Assembly: GCA_964415055.1 (NCBI GenBank)
Contig: CAYPZD010000004.1
Location: 3,260-67,259 of the forward strand
Source of the DNA: an uncultured Verrucomicrobiota bacterium
GTDB lineage: Bacteria > Verrucomicrobiota > Verrucomicrobiia > Limisphaerales > AAA164-E04
DNA: 64,000 nucleotides
Direction of reading: 5' to 3'
Positions 16,510 through 24,903 of the stretch are shown piece after piece. The notes beneath the pieces are model-generated. The model had not been told where the DNA came from. It saw nothing but the letters and a program-made list of their open reading frames with translations, and did not search any database. Every line of letters begins with the position of its first letter. Within the stretch, counting starts at the first letter, position 1. The position numbers and the translations under genes are program-made.

Positions 16510-19365
16510 TTGGCTGAAAATTACAGAGGGAGGTTTATTGGGATTGCCTGTATTTACACCGACTCACATGGTTTCCTTGCGATCAATGATCAAAACGAAC
16601 TGACCAGCTACGATCCATCCACCAAACAATGGGTAACCAAAATGGCTTTGCCTGGTGCCCCTTCATTTGATCAGGAGATGATCATTGTCAACGGACTATT
16701 ACGCATTTTATCGGAGGGCAAAATTTACGATGTCAATCTTGACTCCTTTCAGTTGGGCGATAGGACCCACTCTCCCACACAAACGCGGATAACCGGTTTT
16801 ATTAACTATGGAAAAGAATCCATTTTCATATCCAGTATGGAAGGTTGTTTTTTGTGGGAAAATGGAAAGTGGGTAAGTTTCGGGAGCAAGGACGCAGCTT
16901 ATGCCTCTTGTGTCGTACCCTTGTCTGAGCCCATTGCCATCATCAGAGAGGATGGAGTGGAGCTATGGAGAAAAGGATCATTGGTGCATTCGTGGGAGGA
17001 ACCCACACGTCATGCTGACACAAAGTACTATTTTGTGGAACCGATCGATGATCATACCTCCATTGCCGGGATCCTGGGACAGGGCCTTTATTTGTTGGAG
17101 GCAGGAAAACCATATGTGGCGTTAGACAATTGCAATGGGCTTCACAGTAAACGATGCACGAGTGCTTTGAACGCCACGAATGGCGATCTTTGGGTTGGTT
17201 ATGAGGGAGGAGGCGTTGCATGTCTGCGTGATGGTCGTTGGGTGGAGTTCGCCTTTGACAATGGAGTGCTCAACGAAACGGTGCTGGGAATCATTGAACA
17301 TCCCTCAGGTGAAATTTGGGTGACGACGGAGGATTATGGGCTTTTCAGGTTCAACCCGGATCAAATTGCCCCTGAAACTACGATGGCCCGAGCCCCGGAC
17401 AAGCTTGGGAGAAATCAAGTGGCTGTGTTTGCATTTGAGGGGCACGATGGATGGCATGAGACAAAAGAACAGGACCTGGTGTTTTCATGGAGAATTGTAT
17501 CCTCTGCTGAGCCTGAGTTATCGCAATCGGGTATATGGAGTGAATATTCAGCCAATCGTTCTGTTTTGATTGAAGCGCCCGGGAAACCCGGTGCTTACAC
17601 CTTTCAGGTAAGGGCCCAGGACCGGGGCTTCAACACGGATATGACTCCGGCTATTCACGAGTTCGAGGTGACTCCGCCTTTTTGGAGCACCAGTGCTTTT
17701 TTGGTTCCCATGTTGGGAATGACTGGTTTGGCTGGATTGCTTGCCATAAAAGTATTTAACAGTCACAAAAAAATTAAACATCACGTTGATGAATTGGATA
17801 AACGTGTGCAAGAGCGAACGAGCGAACTGCAATTTACATCTGAAAATTTGCTGTTGGAAAAAGAACGCCTGGAGGCAACCATTCACAGCACCGCGGATGC
17901 AATCATTGCCATTGATGAACAAGACAGAATTACCTTTTATAACCAGGCTGCTCTTTTGCTCGTCAGAGACGGACAGCAGTTGCTGAATGGGAAACCATTG
18001 CATCAAGTGTTTCAGTTTTCGGATCAGATATCTTTCCAGTCACTTGTCGGTTCGGTCGATGATACATTCAATCCCAATCCATCCGGAATGGTAACTGCAA
18101 AAGCGGGAACAGGAGGCGCGGTGGAGTTTGAGTACAATACAGGTGTGGTGAAATCCGGTTCGAAGATTATAGGTTTCGTGTTGGCTTTCAGGGATCGTTC
18201 CACCATGAAGGAATTGGAGCGTGAACGACAAAGACGCAGCAATCTGGAATCTCTTGGTTTGGTGGCGGGTGGCATTGCTCATGATTTTAATAATTTCCTT
18301 GCAGCGATTTTGGGTAATATCTCAGTTTTGGAACAAATATGTCCGGATGATGCAAAGGTGAAGAAAGCGCTGCAACAATCCCGCAGTGCCTCCATCAATG
18401 CAAAATCTTTGACCAAACAGCTGTTGACCTTCGCCAAGGGAGGGAATCCTAATCTTGAACTTGGAAATCTTGCTGAAACAGTTCGATCCTCAGCTGAGTT
18501 TTGTGTTCGTGGAACAGCTCATGAGTGTCAGTTTGACATCGATCCAGACCTTCCACTGGTTGAAATGGATGCCGGTCAAATGACCCACGTGATTCATAAC
18601 ATCGTTTTGAATGCTATGCAGTCCATGGATCACCATGGTGTCGTTCGAATCACCGCTTCAAAAGAACGGTTACGGAATGATGATCGTGAGCCGGAAAGAA
18701 ATGTTGTTCGAGTTTCCATTGCCGATAGCGGAGAAGGCATTCCAGCGGATAAATTGGATAAGGTTTTTGATCCATACTTTACGTCCAAAACCAACGGTTC
18801 CGGGATTGGGCTTGCTGTATGCCATTCCATTGTCGAACAACACCAGGGAATCATTTCCATCAAATCCAAACCCGGTCATGGAACGGTTGTGACCATCGAA
18901 CTTCCCGTCCCAGTCCAGGAGGTGTTGAATGAAGCGGAAAAGAAACAGGAATATGAGCGTCCCAGTCTTGTGAAAAAACAACATCTCAGAATCCTTGTGA
19001 TGGACGATAATCCCTCCATTCTGGATTTGTTGAATCAATTTCTGGAACTTATGGGACATGAAGATGTTGGTGTGGTAAATGGAGAATTGGCTCTGCAGGA
19101 GATTCGTTCCTCACTGCACAGTTCAAATCCCATTGATGTTTGTATCCTGGATCTGACCATCCCCGGTTCTTTGGGTGGCTTGCAAGTTGCGGAAACGATA
19201 CGCAAGGAAGGATTGGCTATCTACACCATTGCATCCAGCGGATATTCAGCAGATGAGATTCGACCTGAACAGAAGAACTCCGTATTTGACGACTTTCTTC
19301 ATAAGCCATATACATTTGAGAAACTGGCCCATTGTCTGTCTAAAATCAATCCACAACGGCAGTAG
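16510..19365 (+). CDS. Hybrid sensor histidine kinase/response regulator (propeller + Y_Y_Y + TM + PAS + HisKA + HATPase + REC), lacking its own signal/start
   Basis: 951 aa. Further propeller repeats (LWVGYEGGGVACLRDGRW) are followed by a Y_Y_Y-like region (FSWRIV..YTFQVRAQD) and the TM segment FLVPMLGMTGLAGLLAIKVF. Then come PAS, the H-box GGIAHDFNNFLAAILG, DSGEGIP...GSGIGLAV and a REC domain (ILVMDDN...ILDLTIPG...KPY). The ORF opens with TTG only. Confidence 0.85.
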   Translation: MAENYRGRFIGIACIYTDSHGFLAINDQNELTSYDPSTKQWVTKMALPGAPSFDQEMIIVNGLLRILSEGKIYDVNLDSFQLGDRTHSPTQTRITGFINYGKESIFISSMEGCFLWENGKWVSFGSKDAAYASCVVPLSEPIAIIREDGVELWRKGSLVHSWEEPTRHADTKYYFVEPIDDHTSIAGILGQGLYLLEAGKPYVALDNCNGLHSKRCTSALNATNGDLWVGYEGGGVACLRDGRWVEFAFDNGVLNETVLGIIEHPSGEIWVTTEDYGLFRFNPDQIAPETTMARAPDKLGRNQVAVFAFEGHDGWHETKEQDLVFSWRIVSSAEPELSQSGIWSEYSANRSVLIEAPGKPGAYTFQVRAQDRGFNTDMTPAIHEFEVTPPFWSTSAFLVPMLGMTGLAGLLAIKVFNSHKKIKHHVDELDKRVQERTSELQFTSENLLLEKERLEATIHSTADAIIAIDEQDRITFYNQAALLLVRDGQQLLNGKPLHQVFQFSDQISFQSLVGSVDDTFNPNPSGMVTAKAGTGGAVEFEYNTGVVKSGSKIIGFVLAFRDRSTMKELERERQRRSNLESLGLVAGGIAHDFNNFLAAILGNISVLEQICPDDAKVKKALQQSRSASINAKSLTKQLLTFAKGGNPNLELGNLAETVRSSAEFCVRGTAHECQFDIDPDLPLVEMDAGQMTHVIHNIVLNAMQSMDHHGVVRITASKERLRNDDREPERNVVRVSIADSGEGIPADKLDKVFDPYFTSKTNGSGIGLAVCHSIVEQHQGIISIKSKPGHGTVVTIELPVPVQEVLNEAEKKQEYERPSLVKKQHLRILVMDDNPSILDLLNQFLELMGHEDVGVVNGELALQEIRSSLHSSNPIDVCILDLTIPGSLGGLQVAETIRKEGLAIYTIASSGYSADEIRPEQKNSVFDDFLHKPYTFEKLAHCLSKINPQRQ

Positions 19366-19389
19366 GGCGAAAAGATTCTTAAAGTATCT

Positions 19390-20217
19390 ATGTTGAACCA
19401 GCAAAACGAGGCCGGGGATTTATTTCATATTTGTTTACCTGGCTCCAAACCGGGTGAACGCGTTAAAATGATTTTTTGCCATATTCCTTCAGGTAAATTC
19501 CGCATGGGCCATCATCGTAGCAACCATAGTGTCGAACCTGGAACAGTTGAAAGTGTTCAGTCTTTTTGGATGGGACAGACGCCGGTGACTCAACAACAAT
19601 TCAATTGCTGGAAAGCCACACTTCCGAAGGAAAAACAACCGGACTCTTCGGGGCCGAAGGACCATCCTGCAGATTTCATGAACTGGTTTCAAGCCATGGA
19701 GTTTTGTAAATGGATGATCGAGTTGTGCAAGGATCAAATGCCCGAACAGTTTGAACTGGCGTCATTACCTACTGAAGCTCAATGGGAGTATGCCTGCCGG
19801 GCGGGTTCAAATACTGAATATTGGAATGGTGATGGTGAAAAAGCATTGGATGAAGTGGGGTGGTTTGGAGAGGTTTCAAGACGTTCAGTGGCGAAGAAAC
19901 GATGCAATCCATGGGGGCTTTATGATGTGCATGGAAATGTCTGGGAGTGGTGTTGGGATGGGTGGAATGATCTCATTCCCAAGAGACATAAAATTCAGCA
20001 AACGAAGAAAGAGAAGAAACTCATCGAGTTGCCACCAGAAGTTACCTCTTACCGCATATTGAAAGGTGGCTCATGTGAAGAACCTGCCAGTAAATGCCGC
20101 TCAGCCAGCCGCATAGAATCAATTGCCGAAAATTCAGCGAGTGATGGCGGTTTTCGTGTTTGTCTGGTGTCTCCTGTTTCATCGAGACAGAGCAAAATAC
20201 TACATTTTACTAAATAA
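19390..20217 (+). CDS. FGE-sulfatase (SUMF1/PvdO-like) domain protein
   Basis: 275 aa. FWMGQTPVTQQQF, EAQWEYACRAGS, NPWGLYDVHGNVWEWCWD, ILKGGSC...GFRVC. The Cys pair is spaced C-x6-C (CEEPASKC) rather than the C-x4-C of canonical formylglycine-generating enzymes. Confidence 0.8.
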   Translation: MLNQQNEAGDLFHICLPGSKPGERVKMIFCHIPSGKFRMGHHRSNHSVEPGTVESVQSFWMGQTPVTQQQFNCWKATLPKEKQPDSSGPKDHPADFMNWFQAMEFCKWMIELCKDQMPEQFELASLPTEAQWEYACRAGSNTEYWNGDGEKALDEVGWFGEVSRRSVAKKRCNPWGLYDVHGNVWEWCWDGWNDLIPKRHKIQQTKKEKKLIELPPEVTSYRILKGGSCEEPASKCRSASRIESIAENSASDGGFRVCLVSPVSSRQSKILHFTK

Positions 20218-20291
20218 TTTATGCCAAAAAAAGATGCATCAAGAAAATCACGACCAAATTTGAAGCGGCCCTTGAATCGGTTTTCCCTCAA

Positions 20292-21002
20292 CTAAGGTGA
20301 TTTCTTTTTCTTGGCATAACTCCGTTTGCCGAAGAGTGATGTTCCGATGCGGACGATGGTGGAGCCTTCTTCGATGGCGATCTCATAGTCGTTGCTCATG
20401 CCCATGCTGAGGACCGGGAAGGGGACACCCATGACGTCTTCACATTCCTTGCGAAGGTCGTTGAGTTGACGGAATACCGGGCGGGTTTTCTCCGGTTCCG
20501 GAGTCCAGGGTGCCATGGTCATGAATCCATGGATTTCCAGGCGGTCAAAGTCATTCAGTTCCTCTATCTGTTCGATCACCTCGGCGGGACTGAATCCGTG
20601 CTTGCTGGCTTCTCCGGATATGTTGATTTCGAGTAAAATTCTGGCTGTTCTCGCCTGTTTTTCACAGGATTCCTGAAGGGCTTCCGCGAGGCGAAAGCTG
20701 TCCACTCCATGGATCATATGGAACAGTCGTACCGCATCTCTGGCTTTATTGGTTTGAAGATGACCGATGAAGTGCCATTCAGCATTGCGTGGGCCTTGGG
20801 GGATTTTTAGTTTGGCTTCTTGAATCTTGTTCTCGCCAAAACAGGTTAATCCGTAATCTGATGCCTCATGGACGCGGTCAATCTTATGTCCTTTGCTGAC
20901 TGCAAGCAGGGTTACTTCGGATGGATCGCGTTGTGCCTGCTCGCAAGCGGCTGCGATTTTCTGTTGAATGTTCGATAAATTGGTTTCCAATTCCATGGGC
21001 AT
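20292..21002 (-). CDS. yggS: YggS-family pyridoxal-phosphate homeostasis protein
   Basis: 236 aa. LLAVSKGH, FGENKIQEA, WHFIGHLQTNK, LEINISGE.SKHG, LSMGMSNDYEIAIEEGST.VRIG. Confidence 0.93.
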   Translation of the reverse strand: MPMELETNLSNIQQKIAAACEQAQRDPSEVTLLAVSKGHKIDRVHEASDYGLTCFGENKIQEAKLKIPQGPRNAEWHFIGHLQTNKARDAVRLFHMIHGVDSFRLAEALQESCEKQARTARILLEINISGEASKHGFSPAEVIEQIEELNDFDRLEIHGFMTMAPWTPEPEKTRPVFRQLNDLRKECEDVMGVPFPVLSMGMSNDYEIAIEEGSTIVRIGTSLFGKRSYAKKKKSP

Positions 21003-21022
21003 TCAATTTTGCGCTGAAGGGT

Positions 21023-22525
21023 CTATTTGGATTCTTTGGGAGCAAGACGTTCAAAGTCGAGTTTTTCGAAGGCAGGCAGTCTCATTTTCAGGGGGCCGTA
21101 TATTTCACTGGATCCGTGAATCGAATCGCCTCCGATTCGCTTAAGGAGAAACTGAATATGCCCACCTCCAACCAAGGTGGCATTGACTTCCCCTTTGCGC
21201 AAAGGGCGGACTGCATCCTGGATGCCTCCCATTTCAATCTTTTCCACCTCATCCAATGCAATGTCTGTGACGGTTTCACCCAATTGGTATTGCAGGGTAT
21301 CAGCCGAAGCTCCGACCAGTTTTCCTACGAGTTTATCTCCATTTCGCAGGGTGAGCAGATCTTGTGTGGATTGCGGATGGTTTGTCGGAGGAGCTTCAAA
21401 GCGACCGTCCCATTCCCGGATTTTGATATTGCTGACGCGCAGAGCCCCCTGGCCTTGATGCACCAGGCGGATACCCTTGCCGACTCCGGCGAAGCCTCCC
21501 TGATCCACCCATCTCTTGATCAATTTGCCATTCACCAGAAGGCTGATGCTGTTGTCTGATTTATTGGTGCGAACATCAATGTGAGCTTTCTCGGATTGCC
21601 GGAAAATAGGTGTCTGGGTCATGCCCAGATATTGAAGGGGTTCCTTTTGTTTGACCATCAGGACATTGACGGCGTAGCTCGTCAGTTGAAGACTATAGAA
21701 ACCTCCAAAATTCGGTTCCAGATCCTTGTCGGCGAGACTGACTGGTTGGAGGTAGTCGGTATAGAGCGCCACGGCGAGGTTGAGCGATCCTTTCCATTCC
21801 ATATCGAATTCCATGCGCATCCTGTCCGGCATGCCGATGATGCGAGCGATGGAAGCCGCCTTTAAGGCATAGAAAGCGCCATTGCGATAAGCCCAGTCAC
21901 CTCCGTCAAGTTCCTTGGTGGTGACCTTTCCCATGGTCCAGCCATCCAGTCCTTTGGGGCCTTCAAAGATGAATTTGGTGTCTGAATGCATGAATTCCGC
22001 CCATTGCCAGTGTTGACGGGGTATATTCAGTCGCCCGCTGAAAGGGGTGTCGATGGCTAAATAATCTGCCGTTAACCCCACCAAATCGCCGGTGTAAGTG
22101 TCACCGTTTGCCAGTTGAAGGCGTAGTCTTTCTTTGGGAATGCTGTTTTCGTTCGGGCGATCACCGAGAACAATTTCATCCAGTGATTCGGAATCAAATT
22201 CAAACGGTGTGTTGATATCGGTCCGGTTCCACAAGGTTTTGCCGGGGTATTCAAAGGTATGGAGCATTCCGGATAATTGATCTCCATTCACCAGTAGCAA
22301 CATGTCCTTCGATAAGGGAGGTGTCGCGGGTTCGAGTTCGGGGACCGTTGCCAGGGGAGTCTTGGATGCCTCGGGAGCTGGTTGGGTTGTACCTGATGCA
22401 ATGGGGGCGGGGGTGTTCGTTCCCAGCTCCTCAATGGTGTCCTGTGCCTGCAACCTTCCTGGGAGGATGCAACAGAGGCTAAGGGCGATGGTCCATGTTC
22501 CAATATGTATCCGCTGCTTGCTCAT
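21023..22525 (-). CDS. Secreted hypothetical protein, paralogue B (LamG/DUF1080-like central domain, tentative)
   Basis: The likely start is MSKQRIHIGTWTIALSLCCILPGRLQAQ (signal peptide); the ORF opens at 22615. It is collinear with the upstream gene: NGD..G repeats, FEGPKGLDGW vs YEGPNDISEW, MEFDMEWKGSLNLAVALYTD vs LSFDLEWDQPYQLSVTLFTD, IREWDG vs VTEWDG. Confidence 0.7.
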   Translation of the reverse strand: MSKQRIHIGTWTIALSLCCILPGRLQAQDTIEELGTNTPAPIASGTTQPAPEASKTPLATVPELEPATPPLSKDMLLLVNGDQLSGMLHTFEYPGKTLWNRTDINTPFEFDSESLDEIVLGDRPNENSIPKERLRLQLANGDTYTGDLVGLTADYLAIDTPFSGRLNIPRQHWQWAEFMHSDTKFIFEGPKGLDGWTMGKVTTKELDGGDWAYRNGAFYALKAASIARIIGMPDRMRMEFDMEWKGSLNLAVALYTDYLQPVSLADKDLEPNFGGFYSLQLTSYAVNVLMVKQKEPLQYLGMTQTPIFRQSEKAHIDVRTNKSDNSISLLVNGKLIKRWVDQGGFAGVGKGIRLVHQGQGALRVSNIKIREWDGRFEAPPTNHPQSTQDLLTLRNGDKLVGKLVGASADTLQYQLGETVTDIALDEVEKIEMGGIQDAVRPLRKGEVNATLVGGGHIQFLLKRIGGDSIHGSSEIYGPLKMRLPAFEKLDFERLAPKESK

Positions 22526-23903
22526 ACTGTTGCGATTGAAGTTTAAGGTTGAACTCGATTTGTCGAATGGCCGCGCTCTTGAACTGGAGATCTCCAAAGT
22601 GCTGGCTTTCCCCAATCAAAAGATTGTCATTCCAGGAAACCAGGTTGAAAGACAGGCTGCCTCCACCGGCAAAGTGGGCGCGAATTTCCCGGGGATTATC
22701 AGGTTCGTTTTCCTCTTTGGCCGTATCGCTGTTGAAGTGGATTTGCTTGATCCGTTCCATCGGAATGCGGATGTCCCGTTCTTTGCGTAATCGAAAATGA
22801 ACTTTGCGGTCCTGGATTTCCACCACATCACCCTTGGGTTTGTCGTGATTGATCAGGTAAAGCACGTCGCTTTCTGTTGTTTGATCCAGATTCAGATCGG
22901 ATTCATCCGTGCCGTCCCATTCGGTAACCAGCATGTTGCTCAGGGAAAAGGATGATGCGCTGAGTTGAGAGGCGAGTGAGATGCCTTTGCCTTCCGCGAC
23001 GAAGCCACGGTTATCACGGAATGTTGCGGCGAGTGTGTCGTCAATATAGACGGCAAACTTGGCTGTTTCACGGTGGGCCCGGATGCTGAAACGCGCCTGA
23101 TTGCGGCCTGAGAGGTTTTCGATGCGAGTCTGACCAAGCGTGAGCACTCCGGTTCCGGGTTGAACGCGCTGGAAGGAGACGAACTGGGGGCTCAGGAAGA
23201 AGATGTAGGATCCCTGCCGGTAATCAAACCGATTGAAGGTATCCGTGAAAAGGGTCACACTCAGTTGATACGGTTGATCCCATTCCAGATCAAAGGACAG
23301 GTTGCAGGAATCGGATAAATCAAAATTTCTTCCCAACACGCCACGATTAACGATGCGTAATTGACCGTCCGCGTATGACCAACCGTTTTGCCCCTGGCCC
23401 AATTCCCATTCGCTGATGTCGTTGGGTCCCTCATACAGAACCTTGTATCCGCTCATTAGAAAGGCGATGCGTTTCAATGCCGCTCGGTCGGTCTCCAGCC
23501 GACCTCCAAACCAGGTGGTCAGGGCCACTCGTTCCTGACCGAGAAAGTCGAGGTTGCCGTAGATTAAATCGCCATTATTGAATTCAATACGGCATTCCGG
23601 CTGGATCTGACTCGACACGCTTGAACGAGGAGTTAGACGCAGTCGTGAGAGATGATCCAATTGAAATCGCACCGCATTGCTTGAAAGGGGGTGTTTCCAA
23701 TGTAATCCCTCTGTATTCGATAATCCCTGTATTTCGCCGTGTAGGTCGGAACCGTCCGTCAGCTCAAGAATTTGGTCGGAAGAGAAACCGTTTTGGTTTT
23801 CCTGTCCTTGTGTGTTGATGCCAATGGATGCCATCAGCATTGCAATGGCCACCATGCAAGGTCTGGATAAGGTGAGTGAATGGGGCAGGACATCAACGTT
23901 CAT
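22479..23903 (-). CDS. Secreted hypothetical protein, paralogue A (LamG/DUF1080-like central domain, tentative)
   Basis: 474 aa with a signal-like N-terminus (MVAIAMLMASIGINTQG). It has the same block order as the 21023 gene. Its start overlaps the stop of the upstream gene by 11 nt. Confidence 0.7.
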   Translation of the reverse strand: MNVDVLPHSLTLSRPCMVAIAMLMASIGINTQGQENQNGFSSDQILELTDGSDLHGEIQGLSNTEGLHWKHPLSSNAVRFQLDHLSRLRLTPRSSVSSQIQPECRIEFNNGDLIYGNLDFLGQERVALTTWFGGRLETDRAALKRIAFLMSGYKVLYEGPNDISEWELGQGQNGWSYADGQLRIVNRGVLGRNFDLSDSCNLSFDLEWDQPYQLSVTLFTDTFNRFDYRQGSYIFFLSPQFVSFQRVQPGTGVLTLGQTRIENLSGRNQARFSIRAHRETAKFAVYIDDTLAATFRDNRGFVAEGKGISLASQLSASSFSLSNMLVTEWDGTDESDLNLDQTTESDVLYLINHDKPKGDVVEIQDRKVHFRLRKERDIRIPMERIKQIHFNSDTAKEENEPDNPREIRAHFAGGGSLSFNLVSWNDNLLIGESQHFGDLQFKSAAIRQIEFNLKLQSQQYEQAADTYWNMDHRP

Positions 23904-24903
23904 AGATTGGAAGAAATCGGTAGTTTAATGCCAATGACAACAGAGAAGCCGAGGTGCTGAAAGTGGAACCGAATTGACCGTCCCAGCTTCCGTCTGAATT
24001 CTGAGCCTGCTTGAGCTCGGCGATGTTTTCCCTGTTCCATGCGTTCCATTCCTCTGGTGAGGCGTGGAAAAACGCCTGTGAGCCGTAATAGAGGAAGTAA
24101 TGATAGTAACTCGAAGATTTGGTGGATCGCTTGAGAAAGGTGAAAGCCGATTGGTATGCGGCGGTTTCCTTTCGCTTGGCCAGCGCCAATACCAGGCAAC
24201 CGATGGCCGTGCGGGGGCCGTTGGGGCCGGATGCGGAGGTGTAGCCGAAACCTCCATCGGTGGATTGACAGGATAAAAAGTATTCCAATCCTTTCTCAAT
24301 GGCTTCCTGTGGAACCGACAAACCTGCGTTGCGTGCGGCAAAGAGTGCGACCATTTGGGCTCCGCTGACAGTGGTGTCGGCGTCTTTGCTTTCCGGTGAA
24401 TAACGCCAGGCGTTTTTGGGATTGTTGGATTGACTGGTCAGAATCAGATTGATGGCGAGTTCCAGGGCAGGTCCGATACGTTCATCCACCACTGATCCGT
24501 ACGCTTCCGCCAGCGCAAGGGTGGCAAATCCGTGGTTGTACATAGTCCTTCCGATGTAGCCGGTGCGTGGATTTTGTTCGGATAGGATAAAGTCCAAAGC
24601 GCGGCTGACGGTCAGGGCGTAGGGCCCGTGATTCGGATCATCGCCGTGCGCCAGAATGCTCACCAGGGTCAGTCCCACGACGCCTGGTTCCATGCCGTAA
24701 GGGCGATCGTTCCAGTTGCCGCGTTCACTTTGAGATCCCGAAAGAAACTGCAGGCCCTTGACGTAGATGCGGTCGACCTCCGTAGCGGCCAGATCAATTT
24801 GATCTGTGAACAATTGTTGAGCCTGGGGCTGTTCCATTGTGGATGGAGCAAACAGCAGCACCCAGAGCAGCAGTGGTAGATAATGTAAATGACGAAAACT
24901 CAT
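23893..24903 (-). CDS. Secreted prenyltransferase/squalene-oxidase-repeat (alpha/alpha-toroid) protein
   Basis: 336 aa with signal peptide LPLLLWVLLFAPS. Repeats: GNWNDRPYG..GVVGLTLVSIL, WRYSPESKDADTTVSGAQMVALFAARNAG, QSTDGGFGY, QNSDGSWDGQFG. I see no DxDD or DDxxD catalytic motif. Confidence 0.7.
   Translation of the reverse strand: MSFRHLHYLPLLLWVLLFAPSTMEQPQAQQLFTDQIDLAATEVDRIYVKGLQFLSGSQSERGNWNDRPYGMEPGVVGLTLVSILAHGDDPNHGPYALTVSRALDFILSEQNPRTGYIGRTMYNHGFATLALAEAYGSVVDERIGPALELAINLILTSQSNNPKNAWRYSPESKDADTTVSGAQMVALFAARNAGLSVPQEAIEKGLEYFLSCQSTDGGFGYTSASGPNGPRTAIGCLVLALAKRKETAAYQSAFTFLKRSTKSSSYYHYFLYYGSQAFFHASPEEWNAWNRENIAELKQAQNSDGSWDGQFGSTFSTSASLLSLALNYRFLPIYER

Noticed and set aside
23893-24903. 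Possibility that the alpha/alpha-toroid gene is a squalene-hopene cyclase, linked with the HpnN-like MMPL gene at 48 kb as a hopanoid locus
   Set aside because: It is only 336 aa, has a signal peptide, and shows no DxDD motif. No hpn or sqs genes are nearby, and the two genes are 24 kb apart on different strands.
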